Source of the DNA: an uncultured Desulfosarcina sp. | GTDB taxonomy: Bacteria > Desulfobacterota > Desulfobacteria > Desulfobacterales > Desulfosarcinaceae | DNA length: 64,000 bases | Direction: 5' to 3' | NCBI GenBank assembly: GCA_963674945.2 | Contig: CAXXWQ010000003.1 | Span: 2,016,001-2,080,000 of the forward strand | Shown: positions 18,605 to 27,506 of the stretch, one piece after another | Layout of the letters: every line of letters begins with the position of its first letter | Numbering within the stretch: position 1 is the first letter of the stretch | Notes under the pieces: generated by a model | Databases searched by the model: none | Seen by the model: the letters and a program-made list of their open reading frames with translations, nothing else | Told to the model about the DNA's origin: nothing | Made by a program: the position numbers and the translations under genes

Positions 18605-18937
18605 TTATTGATCGTTACATGGTGTGTCGCTCGCGCGGATCAGGTCTGTTTCTATTGAGAGCCTCGAAGAATCGTTTTCTTCGACGTGGACGCAAATACA
18701 ATTAGCGCCATTTTTATCGGCACATGGCCATTTTTCATGGCTTGGGATTCGGTCTGCGAGACTTTCGGTTTCTCCGATATAAATAAAGTCGTGAGAGCCT
18801 TTTCCGTCACTGACGGTTCGTTTGGAGAATATGTATACAGCACCAATATCTTTCCAAGAAGTATCGGTGGAGTACACACCGAACTTGTATTTTGCGCCAG
18901 AGCTTCCTTCAAATTCGGCGTCAGATATTTTTCCCAT
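18605..18937 (-). CDS. Stand-alone GIY-YIG-like nuclease (110 aa)
   Basis: GAVYIF...IYIGET...LADRIPSH...IETDLI...PCN; start MGKIS at 18937 after GGGGG. Confidence 0.75.
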   Translation of the reverse strand: MGKISDAEFEGSSGAKYKFGVYSTDTSWKDIGAVYIFSKRTVSDGKGSHDFIYIGETESLADRIPSHEKWPCADKNGANCICVHVEENDSSRLSIETDLIRASDTPCNDQ

Positions 18938-19166
18938 ATATCCCCCTTTTGGGGGGTCAGGCACCGCACCATCATAGTGCTATTACACAACAAGGTTCGA
19001 TCAATCAAGGACGGACTATGTTCTTCAATAGATTATTTAGGAAATTACCAATTTAGGTGGTTTCGTTTTTAGAAAATTACATAATTTCAAAAAAAAGGAG
19101 GAACTCTTTCAATTGCCCCGGCCCCGCCAGTCTTTTACTAAGACAGTTTCCGGGAAAACCACGTTC

Positions 19167-19294
19167 GTTCCCTCCTTGTCTTTGATTTTATTAAATCGAG
19201 GCCTTTAACTGTCAAGGTAGTGCTTCGCTTCGCTCAGCCTCCACCTTGACAGTCAGGCCTATCGATTTGAGTCGAAATAAACAAAGGAGGGAAC
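19167..19294 (+). promoter_or_regulatory. Frpo/ssi-like long imperfect hairpin (candidate ssDNA promoter) 2
   Basis: GTTCCCTCCTTGT..AAATCGA-GGCCT..CTGTCAAGGT pairs with ACCTTGACAG..AGGCCT-TCGATTT..ACAAAGGAGGGAAC; TGTCAA 19210-19215 pairs with TTGACA 19246-19251. Confidence 0.68.
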
Positions 19295-19374
19295 TTGAAG
19301 CCTTTTCAAGGTCGAAAAAGTGTTAAGTCGAGAACACTTTTCAAGGCTTTTTAATAAATTAAAGAATAAAATCT

Positions 19375-19548
19375 ATGGAAATCAAAAACCATTTAATCAC
19401 TATCGTTGAAAAGCGATATGGCACTCTTTTTGTCCAGGCCGAAAATGAAGAGAGGGCAATAGAGGAAGCAAAAAATCGGCTTTCCCGCGAAAACCGATTT
19501 GAGGTTGAAGATATCGATTTGCGCTTCGAATATCTCACACCTTGCTAA
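19375..19548 (+). CDS. 57-aa acidic protein, DpnD/PcfM-like
   Basis: MEIKNHLITIVEKRYGTLFVQAENEERAIEEAKNRLSRENRFEVEDIDLRFEYLTPC with a VxAExEExAI pattern. Confidence 0.55.
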   Translation: MEIKNHLITIVEKRYGTLFVQAENEERAIEEAKNRLSRENRFEVEDIDLRFEYLTPC

Positions 19549-19574
19549 CTAATAAATATTATAGCACAAAAAAT

Positions 19575-19775
19575 ATGCCTGTCCAATATAGGAAAAACCA
19601 CAATTTTCTTCATGACGTTTTCACTGAGATTAACAATATCGTTACTGCCTACACTGATGGCCACATCCCAAATCCCTATGAGTTAAAAAAGAATCTCTAT
19701 GAATCAGTAGCCATTCATATCAAACAATCCTTCCTAAACGGTATGAGGGTAGGAAAACGCCAAAAATCAAAATAA
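19575..19775 (+). CDS. 66-aa hypothetical protein
   Basis: MPVQYRK...IKQSFLNGMRVGKRQKSK, followed by the hairpin AGTACCCCCCT/AGGGGGTACT. Confidence 0.6.
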   Translation: MPVQYRKNHNFLHDVFTEINNIVTAYTDGHIPNPYELKKNLYESVAIHIKQSFLNGMRVGKRQKSK

Positions 19776-20039
19776 AAACAAAAAGCCTTCAAAAGTACCC
19801 CCCTTGTTCATAAGGGGGGTACTGGCGGGGCGCACCCACCCACCCCTCAAATGCAGAAATTTTCTCACCCGAAAATTTCCAAAAAAGTAAGGTAAAAGCA
19901 ATAAGAAAGAGGGCCTCTTTCTTATTGCCAATCCAGGTTCACTAACTTCCGGGACTCCCCCTTCCGGGTTTTCCCACCATGCCACACACCCAAATCGCCC
20001 CAATCAGTTTGGTAGCCTCCAGCTTTTTCCCAAAAACCC

Positions 20040-21400
20040 TGTCAAACGATGTAAAAAGGTAACCGAAAGCTACTTCGTTGAATGATTTAAAAATGTAACT
20101 TTGGTATCAACCTTTAAATCTAATGATTTGTTAATAATAGTTTGATTAATTTTATTTAATTTTTTTAGTTTGGTTTCAATATTTCGTTTTAATTCAGCGG
20201 GATTAAGTTTATCATATTGACGTTTAAGCTGAGTTTTTATTTTCTCATCTACATGGTCACATTCAAGCACTCTCATATAGGGAGTTTTTGCTTTGTCATA
20301 AATTTTTTTAATTTTTTCACCATGCTTGCCGGTTCGTTTTTTATCAATTAATTTTACATTGGGCATAAAGAAATTTTTGTATAATCTGAGTTCGTTTTCA
20401 TATAGATCATTCATAGCATTTAACTCAGCTTCAGTTTCCCGTCTTTTGTAGCCAAATACTTTTCTAACATGAGTCCAGTTTTTCTGTTCAATATGGGCAT
20501 TATCATTTTTCTGATATGGTCTACCTCTGGTAAATTCAACATCATTGTCATAACAGTATTTAAACAATTGCCAGTTAATGAATTCAGAGCCATTATCAGG
20601 ATCAATAGCTGTTAAATCAAATGGTAATCTATTTTTCATGCTGTCTAATGCACTAATAACTCTATTTTGAGCCCTGCCCATAATAGCCTGAGTTTCTGTC
20701 CAACCCGTTAAAATATCAGTTAAATCAATACTACAAATGAATTCACCTGACGCATTATCACCGCAATGAACAACAGTATCTAGTTCACAACAACCAATGC
20801 GTTGTTCATCCCAACTAATAGTTCTAATTGGTATTTGTTTTTTTAACAGACTTCCCGGTTTAGTTGTAGAATTAATTTTTCTTTTAGCCTCTATTTTGAA
20901 TGGACGCAATCTATCATCAATCGTAGATGATCCAATATACATGAGTTTTTCCTGAGCTATCTCAGGAATGTTTAACTCCTTGAAATGAACTAATTTAGAA
21001 ATCATTTCTGGCATCATTGGAGCCATTCTTTGCCCGCACGGATAATCCATAATTTCCCAAATTTTTTTTAACCAATATATATCCTCATTAGTGTAAGTAT
21101 AATGTCGTTTACGGTTAATACTTTTTTCTATATAGCTATGAACAGGAGCTAATATTCTAATAGCGTATTTCTCGTTATATCCTGTATTTTTCACAAACTC
21201 CGATAACATTGATGATTTTTCTTTTTTACTTGCCTTTAAATAGCGTCTTTTTACCTGTTTAAGGTAATCTTTCCTTGATTTTATACTCATTTTCTTTGTA
21301 ACCATAGTTTAAAAGTTAATTTTTATGGTTACATTTTACTATCGTTTATCGTATATGCCCATGGTTACATTTTGCATCATTTAATTCGAAAAACTAGACA
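20040..21400 (-). mobile_element. DDE insertion sequence with TGT...ACA ends and repeated subterminal sites (IS481/IS1202-like)
   Basis: Ends TGT (20040) and ACA (21398-21400). Two AAyGAT-N2-4-AAAAkGTAAC-like units at each end in inverted orientation. Flanks AAAACCC and AAATCCC form an imperfect duplication. Confidence 0.72.
20070..21305 (-). CDS. Integrase-core (rve) DDE transposase
   Basis: ELDTVVHCG, DPDNGSEFIN and RPYQKNDNAHIEQKN motifs. Confidence 0.9.
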   Translation of the reverse strand: MVTKKMSIKSRKDYLKQVKRRYLKASKKEKSSMLSEFVKNTGYNEKYAIRILAPVHSYIEKSINRKRHYTYTNEDIYWLKKIWEIMDYPCGQRMAPMMPEMISKLVHFKELNIPEIAQEKLMYIGSSTIDDRLRPFKIEAKRKINSTTKPGSLLKKQIPIRTISWDEQRIGCCELDTVVHCGDNASGEFICSIDLTDILTGWTETQAIMGRAQNRVISALDSMKNRLPFDLTAIDPDNGSEFINWQLFKYCYDNDVEFTRGRPYQKNDNAHIEQKNWTHVRKVFGYKRRETEAELNAMNDLYENELRLYKNFFMPNVKLIDKKRTGKHGEKIKKIYDKAKTPYMRVLECDHVDEKIKTQLKRQYDKLNPAELKRNIETKLKKLNKINQTIINKSLDLKVDTKVTFLNHSTK

Positions 21401-21423
21401 AAATCCCGGCACCATGCTATACT
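21395..21423 (+). promoter_or_regulatory. Hybrid sigma70 promoter with an IS-supplied -35
   Basis: TAGACA(21395-21400, IS end)-17 bp-TATACT(21418-21423) with extended TG. Confidence 0.6.
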
Positions 21424-22058
21424 GCCAAAACCACCAAAAACCGCAAAACCAGTTTGGTCAAAAACCTCCCCAAACAGTTTGGCGGCATCGTTATAACTTC
21501 TATGTCAACATCCCACCAACTCCAAACAATCCGTCCCCATTTCAACCTGTTCTGGGGACGCCATAAACCCCAAAAGCCTGTCATCGACAAGACACTGGAC
21601 CGCTGTCCCTATTGCCAGAGCAAAAACATCATCAAGCACGGCCGTAAACAAAACAAGTTCCAGATTCTCCAGTATTACCGCTGTCATTCCTGCCGAAAAA
21701 TGTTTACTCCGCAGGTTGTAAAACACAAACAATACCCACTCCGGATAATTCTGGACGGAATCAGTTTTTACAACCTGGGATACTCCAAAACCAATTCCTG
21801 CCGCCTGCTCAAAGAAAAATACGGCCTCAATATCAAACCAAATACTCTCAGTACTTGGTTAAATGAAATAAGCCCTCTTTGCAGATATGAGCGCCTGCGG
21901 GAGCAGGGGAGACGATTATACCCGCCAACTCAGATAATCCAATCTGCTGTTTTAAATCATAAGCAGGTTTACAATTTCCGCTTCCACCAGTCCAAGCTGG
22001 AGTTTCTCTGCCAGCACCGGCCTTTTACTGCCGCGCACCACCAGAAGATAAAAACTTA

Positions 22059-23106
22059 CTGGGGTATGCACTTAAATCCAGCACATACTATATGTTGTGG
22101 CCCAGGTCATCGTCAATTGGATCGAGATTTAAATTTGCTGCCCCTTCCAAAAACGGTAACGATGCACCTTTAAGAGTACTAGCTGGGGCAGGGTCCACCA
22201 TCACGGCCTGTTGGACCAGCCTGTAAAATAGTTTTCCGCGAGACACTGATGTTCTACGGTTGAACCTGAATGTGAATTCATCCAAATAGTACATCAAATG
22301 AGACGGTCTGACCGCCCCTTGATAAGTACCAAGTAACCATCGTTTCATGAGCGACGCTACCAAATGTACAATCTTCAAGTCATGCGATGGAATCGCAATA
22401 TGCTTAAATCCTTTATCGCCAAGGCTGCTATAGCCGGGCCAATCATCCGTCCTGATGGTGCTGCCTGGCTGGGCGATTTCTTGTACAAATTGAGTCAGAC
22501 TATCTCCCGATGCGTCTTCGAGGTGCCAGAGTCTAATTCGCCCAATTCCTTTTCGGCCTTTATCCTCCACGGCAATACCGACCAAAGCTTTACCTTCAGC
22601 ACCCCGACCGCGTTTTCCAGACTTTTTCCCACCGACATAGGTTTCATCAACTTCAACAATCCCGGACAATCGGTCACGTCCTGGACGAACCATTGCTCTT
22701 CGAAGTTTATGGAGCCATTGCCAGGCGGTATTATAACTCCCAAGGTTAAGTACTCTCTGAAGCCCAAGTGCATTAGCTCCGTACTTCTGACCTGTAATGT
22801 GCCACATAGCCCGAAACCAAAGAGACAAGGGCTTTCTGGTGCCGTGAAAAATTGTACCGGAAGTTATCGTAGATTGATTTCCACAATCAGTACAATGAAA
22901 CTGGGATCGTTTAGTTCTCCACGAGGATGCAGAACCGCAATGAGGGCAACGGAAGCCTTCGGGCCATCTAAGAGCCATCAAATAGTCAGTGCATCCAGCT
23001 TCAGAGCTAAATCGTTTTTCAAATTCTATCAACGTTCTGGGGTAATCTTCCTCCATAGACTGGTACACTATATGTTGTGGCCACTGGAGTCAAGTGCATA
23101 CCCCAG
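22059..23106 (-). mobile_element. IS1595-family insertion sequence, copy 3 (inverted)
   Basis: Same TIRs; 8-bp TSD AAAACTTA (22051-22058, 23107-23114). Confidence 0.96.
22088..23068 (-). CDS. IS1595-family DDE transposase
   Basis: Protein identical to copies 1 and 2. Confidence 0.95.
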   Translation of the reverse strand: MYQSMEEDYPRTLIEFEKRFSSEAGCTDYLMALRWPEGFRCPHCGSASSWRTKRSQFHCTDCGNQSTITSGTIFHGTRKPLSLWFRAMWHITGQKYGANALGLQRVLNLGSYNTAWQWLHKLRRAMVRPGRDRLSGIVEVDETYVGGKKSGKRGRGAEGKALVGIAVEDKGRKGIGRIRLWHLEDASGDSLTQFVQEIAQPGSTIRTDDWPGYSSLGDKGFKHIAIPSHDLKIVHLVASLMKRWLLGTYQGAVRPSHLMYYLDEFTFRFNRRTSVSRGKLFYRLVQQAVMVDPAPASTLKGASLPFLEGAANLNLDPIDDDLGHNI

Positions 23107-23747
23107 AAAACTTATTTCGATGCCGTCATCCAAGAATACCCGCACCATTATTTTCAGACAGACCAGCGATCTTCTCAGGCAAAAATCACTTTCGATTTTA
23201 ACCAAGCCCACATCTTAACCAAACAAAATCACGCCACCCGTCTGGCTCAGCTCCTTTTACAGGCCGTAACCGACAACCGTATGCGCCATGAGACTCTCCA
23301 ACAATTCATGCTGGTTAATGATTCCGTTACCGTGGCCATGGAAGTACCAATTTTCCTCACTCCGGAGGATATCCATAAATACAAACATAAGTTCGGCTTC
23401 CAGATACCAATAGAATTAAAAGACGTACTCACTGGCCATATTGACCTTCTTCAGATCAGGAATGGCTATATTCATATCCTTGATTACAAGCCCAATGCCA
23501 AACGGGAAAAACCATATGCTCAATTGACACTCTATGCCTTGGCGCTTTCCCGACTGACAGATCTTCGCCTTATGGATTTCAAATGCGCTTGGTTTGATGA
23601 AAACCATTATTACGAATTTTTTCCTTTGCAACTGGTACACAAAAAACACACCCGCCGGAAAAATATTCCCTCCAAAAAGACCACCCCAAAGGGTGGCCGA
23701 AATGGAGGTCCTTAATATTGCTCGATGAATTATTAAAGCACGCTGAT

Positions 23748-24023
23748 TGTTGACCGCCTGTTGCCCAAAAATTATATATTGATGGGATTATTGGGAATAT
23801 TGAATAAATTTGGGACTTCAAATTATTTGCTAAAATTAAAGAAAATACCTTTGATTAGCAATTTTTCGAAAATACTAAAAGAGGTTTCGATTCCCTGCCT
23901 CCGAGCATCAAGAGAATGACAGGTTTATGCCTGTTTTTTCTTTTACATTAGGCAAATTTATTTTCGCATTGTCTGTGGAAAACTTATATTTCTGGGAGGC
24001 TGTTGACCGCCTGTTGCCCAAAA
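23748..24023. other. Candidate intact attP for the adjacent integrase
   Basis: 23-bp direct repeat TGTTGACCGCCTGTTGCCCAAAA at 23748-23770 and 24001-24023 flanks a tRNA-3'-like core GGTTTCGATTCCCTGCCTCCGAGCA (23883-23907). Confidence 0.6.
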
Positions 24024-25063
24024 TTTTGACTATTTGGCTCTAAGACACTGATCGCTGATTGTAAATTTGATGGTCCCAAGTGGGCATATCTAAGGGTAGT
24101 CTGAATGTCTACGTGTCCCATTAACTCTTGAACTGCTTTTGTTGGTGCATTTTTTTGAAAAAGATGAGAAGCAAATGTGTGTCGAAGCGTATGCCAACCT
24201 ATATTTCTCAAACCTGCTTTTTCGCATATTTTTTTCATATTCAGATTGCAAAAACTATCGCTTAAATGATGATCTGGCCGCGTTTGAAAGACATAACCTT
24301 TTTGTTTTTTGTTTTTCCATAGCATTAAAAACACTTCATTAATCAAAGGGATGTTTCTTGTTTTATTTCCTTTTGGAGAACCTTCTACATTTCTTACAAT
24401 AGCGCGCTGTACTGTAAGCGTGGCATTGTTAAAATTGATATCTTCCCATCTTAATCCAATTAGCTCTCCTCTTCTCAGTCCTGTTCTCGCAGCCAAAAGT
24501 ATCATGTCACGCCAGACATCCTTGGCATGGTTTAATAGAATTTGCAGTTCATCTTCAGTTAAAAAATCCGATTTGCCCGAAAAAACCTTATATCTTTTAA
24601 TTTTAATATTCTTTGTTGTTTTACCCCACTCATGAGCCATGTTTAATGATGTTCCCAAGATAGCCAAATGATTATTTATGGTTTTTTTACTTAACCCTGA
24701 CATCCTTTTTCGCTTTTTATATTTTTCAATTTCAAATCCATTAATTTCATTAATATTCATGTTTCCAAAAAATGGAATTAGGTGTTTTTTAAGTATCCTT
24801 TTTTTTGTTTCGACTTCTGATGGTTTATTGTTATCCTCTACATACATACAAAACCATTCCCAGGCAAAGTCACCAAACTTGGGATTTGCTTCTTTTGTTT
24901 CCTCTTTTTTATCTATAGATTTGTCCTCTGATAATCTTTTCCTTAAAGTTAATTCATACGCCATAGCTCCAGCCCTGCTGTTATCCGGGCTTCTTTTTCG
25001 GTATCGTTTGCGGTTATAACGAAAGTCAACCCACCACGAACCATGAATTTTTCTTACTGCCAT
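23984..25063 (-). CDS. Tyrosine recombinase/phage-type integrase (359 aa from MAVRK)
   Basis: N-terminal arm-binding WWVDFRY; catalytic RTGLRRGEL, HTLRHTF, MGH and TLRYAH. Confidence 0.95.
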   Translation of the reverse strand: MAVRKIHGSWWVDFRYNRKRYRKRSPDNSRAGAMAYELTLRKRLSEDKSIDKKEETKEANPKFGDFAWEWFCMYVEDNNKPSEVETKKRILKKHLIPFFGNMNINEINGFEIEKYKKRKRMSGLSKKTINNHLAILGTSLNMAHEWGKTTKNIKIKRYKVFSGKSDFLTEDELQILLNHAKDVWRDMILLAARTGLRRGELIGLRWEDINFNNATLTVQRAIVRNVEGSPKGNKTRNIPLINEVFLMLWKNKKQKGYVFQTRPDHHLSDSFCNLNMKKICEKAGLRNIGWHTLRHTFASHLFQKNAPTKAVQELMGHVDIQTTLRYAHLGPSNLQSAISVLEPNSQNFGQQAVNSLPEI

Positions 25064-25064
25064 A

Positions 25065-25286
25065 TTAATTGAATCCGAGCGGCTCCACTCGATTGTTTTG
25101 GAGATAATCCAATACATCCTGCCGGTCAAAGCGCAAAGCACCGCCTACCTTGTAAAAGGGCAGGGCGCGCTTTTCCACCAGGCGGTATACCCCGGTTTTA
25201 GAAATTTGGAGAATTGTCCTTAATTCACCCGGTGTAATTAGGTTTGGCAAGGAGTGTGAACCGTTCGGCATATTGTTAATGAGCAA
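25065..25286 (-). CDS. Excisionase-like HTH_17 protein (start may be ATG 25271)
   Basis: LITPGEL..LQISKTGVYRLV...LPFYKVGGALRF, directly upstream of the integrase. Confidence 0.85.
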   Translation of the reverse strand: MLINNMPNGSHSLPNLITPGELRTILQISKTGVYRLVEKRALPFYKVGGALRFDRQDVLDYLQNNRVEPLGFN

Positions 25287-26092
25287 TAATAGGACCCTGT
25301 CAAAACAATACAGCGTACTATATCACTCTACCATATTTATGAAATACTAGCAAAAATTACAGGGTGTTAGAAAATATATTCGTTCACTCGTTACAACTAA
25401 CTATTCAATTATATAGTTTAGCAAGAAAAATTAAAAAATAGATTGAAAAAATCGGACCAGGGTATATATAGCAAGAAAAGACAAACAATCCGAATCTAAG
25501 CAGCGCCAGATTTTATCCTCTCCGCAGTCAGATTTCCATATTTTGATCCGACCACACTTATTCCGCCAGAATCGATTATATTCAGTGTCAGGAAGTCTAT
25601 GGTAAGCTCATTTCTGTTGGAATATTATTTTAAAGGTCAATGTATGGTTGTTATACAAATGGATTAAATCATCAATATTTTAAAGACACTCTATTATCTT
25701 GATGTTCTGCCTTAAGGCTAAAACATCTGCACTAACAGTATTGCGTTATCCTGTCTTTGGTTGGGTAATAGACATTCGTTGGTTTGTTCATATTAAACTC
25801 CGCTTGAATGTCGCTTTATGCGACGTACCAGTATACTGATAATGGTATAAAAACGGCAGTACTATATTCATATTAAGAGAAAAAAAACGGACTACGTACC
25901 TCGCATAATGCAGACATTAAGCAAAGTTTTTGGGTGGGTAATTCACGTAAATTATCTAACCGCTTTGGGTGGTAGGTTAAGCACCCGCGAACACAGTTTG
26001 CGTGCTTACCATATCGATCCCGCGGGTGCATTATGTAATTAAAAACGAATTATTAAAAAATAGTATATAACAATCTGAAATAACAGGAAAAC

Positions 26093-26121
26093 TTGACAAA
26101 TAATAATATATATGCTATAAT
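26093..26121 (+). promoter_or_regulatory. Consensus sigma70 promoter
   Basis: TTGACA-17 bp-TATAAT with extended TG. Confidence 0.8.
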
Positions 26122-26262
26122 AACAATAAGTTAAAACTACTACAAGTTTCTTTTAAAATAATCACCAATATTAGCTTAAAGCCTACTTGGATTAGTGTCT
26201 TGGTTGTTTTCTACTAAAAACTAAAAAGAACAACTAAATATCACTAATTCAGGGAGGCAAAA

Positions 26263-26526
26263 ATGATCTTTACATCAAGCTTTACCGTACCAAATAGCCG
26301 GTGTGTTTATGGCGGAATGTTCTTCGGTATCTATCGAAATGAAAGTGAAACCATCATCCAAATTCGTGGTCGTAAGTGGCGACAAGAGCGTGAAGAAGAC
26401 TTTCAGTCAATTCATGGATGCACGTACGAAAAGTGTCAGCAATATCAAAAAGAATTCGGTCACAAAGGTTGCCCCATGGAAAACTGCCAGATCAAACAGC
26501 GTTACCGGAAAGAAGGCTATATATAG
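26263..26526 (+). CDS. 87-aa Cys/His-containing hypothetical protein
   Basis: GGGAGG RBS, consensus promoter upstream, and hairpin AGGCCAGGGA/TCCCTGGCCT downstream. Confidence 0.65.
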   Translation: MIFTSSFTVPNSRCVYGGMFFGIYRNESETIIQIRGRKWRQEREEDFQSIHGCTYEKCQQYQKEFGHKGCPMENCQIKQRYRKEGYI

Positions 26527-26774
26527 TATTGGTACGATGACCAACTTAGGCCAGGGAAAAAACTCCCTGGCCTTTATAATTTGAAAAAATAAAACAAAAA
26601 CAACTTAAGCACAAGGCAGGGTAAAAAAGAGATGGTGGGGTATAAATGAGATCGTAACAATTATGTAAACAACTGATAAAATTATAATAATAAATATTTT
26701 CCTGGTAAGATATCAAAAATGAAAATTACGGGTAATTCGTAAAAACTTACGGCTTTTTTACGGGCGTAAAATTT

Positions 26775-27467
26775 ATGAAAGAGGAGCTAAAAGATATAAA
26801 AAAAGGAGCCACCTGGCAAAATATTTATGAAACCTTGTGGCACATTGCTACTGTCCGGTATTGCACTCAGGAACAATTAAAAACTGCCTTTCCCAAGAAT
26901 GTCTGGCGCCGCAAATGCGCTACTCCTAAAAAGATAAAAATCATGGTTGAAGCCGGCTATCTTAAACAAAGCGAAACAGACGTAATAACTGCAACTCACA
27001 AGACCATTAATCTCTTAAAAACATATTCTGACTATAATACTGACATCATCAAATTGGGAAAAGGTGAGGGTGGAAAAGATACTTTATTTAACACCGAAAT
27101 TTTCTTTCAATTAATGGAGCTTCCTAATTTCTTTGCCATATTCTATCCAGAATTCTACGAACACCCAGGTGACCAGCATGTCTGGTTAGTTCCGGATGCT
27201 TGTTTATTACTTAAAGATAGTGATCAAATTAAAATGCAATTCATTGAAATTGAGCGGCCAAAACCAGACTGGGAAAAGCATCTTTGGGGTAAAAAACTAA
27301 AATATGAAAAAATAGCCCAGGATATTAATACCTGGAATGAATGGTGGCGCTACTGGAGTAAGGTATTAAAGATAAATTTATGTCCAATAGAAGATTTTGG
27401 TTTTTCGATTTGGTGTGTCGGCAGTGATAGCTTTGGCTGGCCAGGTTGGAAGTTTTCAAATTTATAG
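26775..27467 (+). CDS. Replication-relaxation (Replic_Relax)-like protein
   Basis: N-terminal wHTH-like VRYCTQEQL; C-terminal LVPDACL...FIEIER PD-(D/E)XK-type motif; same operon as the coupling protein. Confidence 0.65.
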   Translation: MKEELKDIKKGATWQNIYETLWHIATVRYCTQEQLKTAFPKNVWRRKCATPKKIKIMVEAGYLKQSETDVITATHKTINLLKTYSDYNTDIIKLGKGEGGKDTLFNTEIFFQLMELPNFFAIFYPEFYEHPGDQHVWLVPDACLLLKDSDQIKMQFIEIERPKPDWEKHLWGKKLKYEKIAQDINTWNEWWRYWSKVLKINLCPIEDFGFSIWCVGSDSFGWPGWKFSNL

Positions 27468-27506
27468 ACTACATTTTATTCCCATTATTATTTCAATTAA
27501 ATTGCC

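Larger units (their letters stand above)
21502..23715 (+). pseudogene. Zn-ribbon/HTH + PD-(D/E)XK nuclease fusion (385 aa reconstructed) split by IS1595
   Basis: CPYC..YRCHSC InsA-like Zn ribbon. In-frame join KIKTY|FDAVIQ after removing the IS and one AAAACTTA. C-terminal EVP...TGHIDLL...ILDYKP...QLTLYA. Confidence 0.82.

Noticed and set aside
21326..21369. GGTTACA repeats resembling the sigma-associated motif
   Set aside because: They lack the ATACGA-N5 half and are the IS's own subterminal repeats, mirrored at 20040-20100.
23883..23907. Functional tRNA gene
   Set aside because: Only a T-loop/acceptor-like 3' fragment; no 5' half, D arm or anticodon arm upstream.
25458..25530. RVYIARKDKQSESKQRQILS as a serine-recombinase remnant
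   Set aside because: No start codon, the catalytic Ser position is not matched, and the similarity is too short to support.
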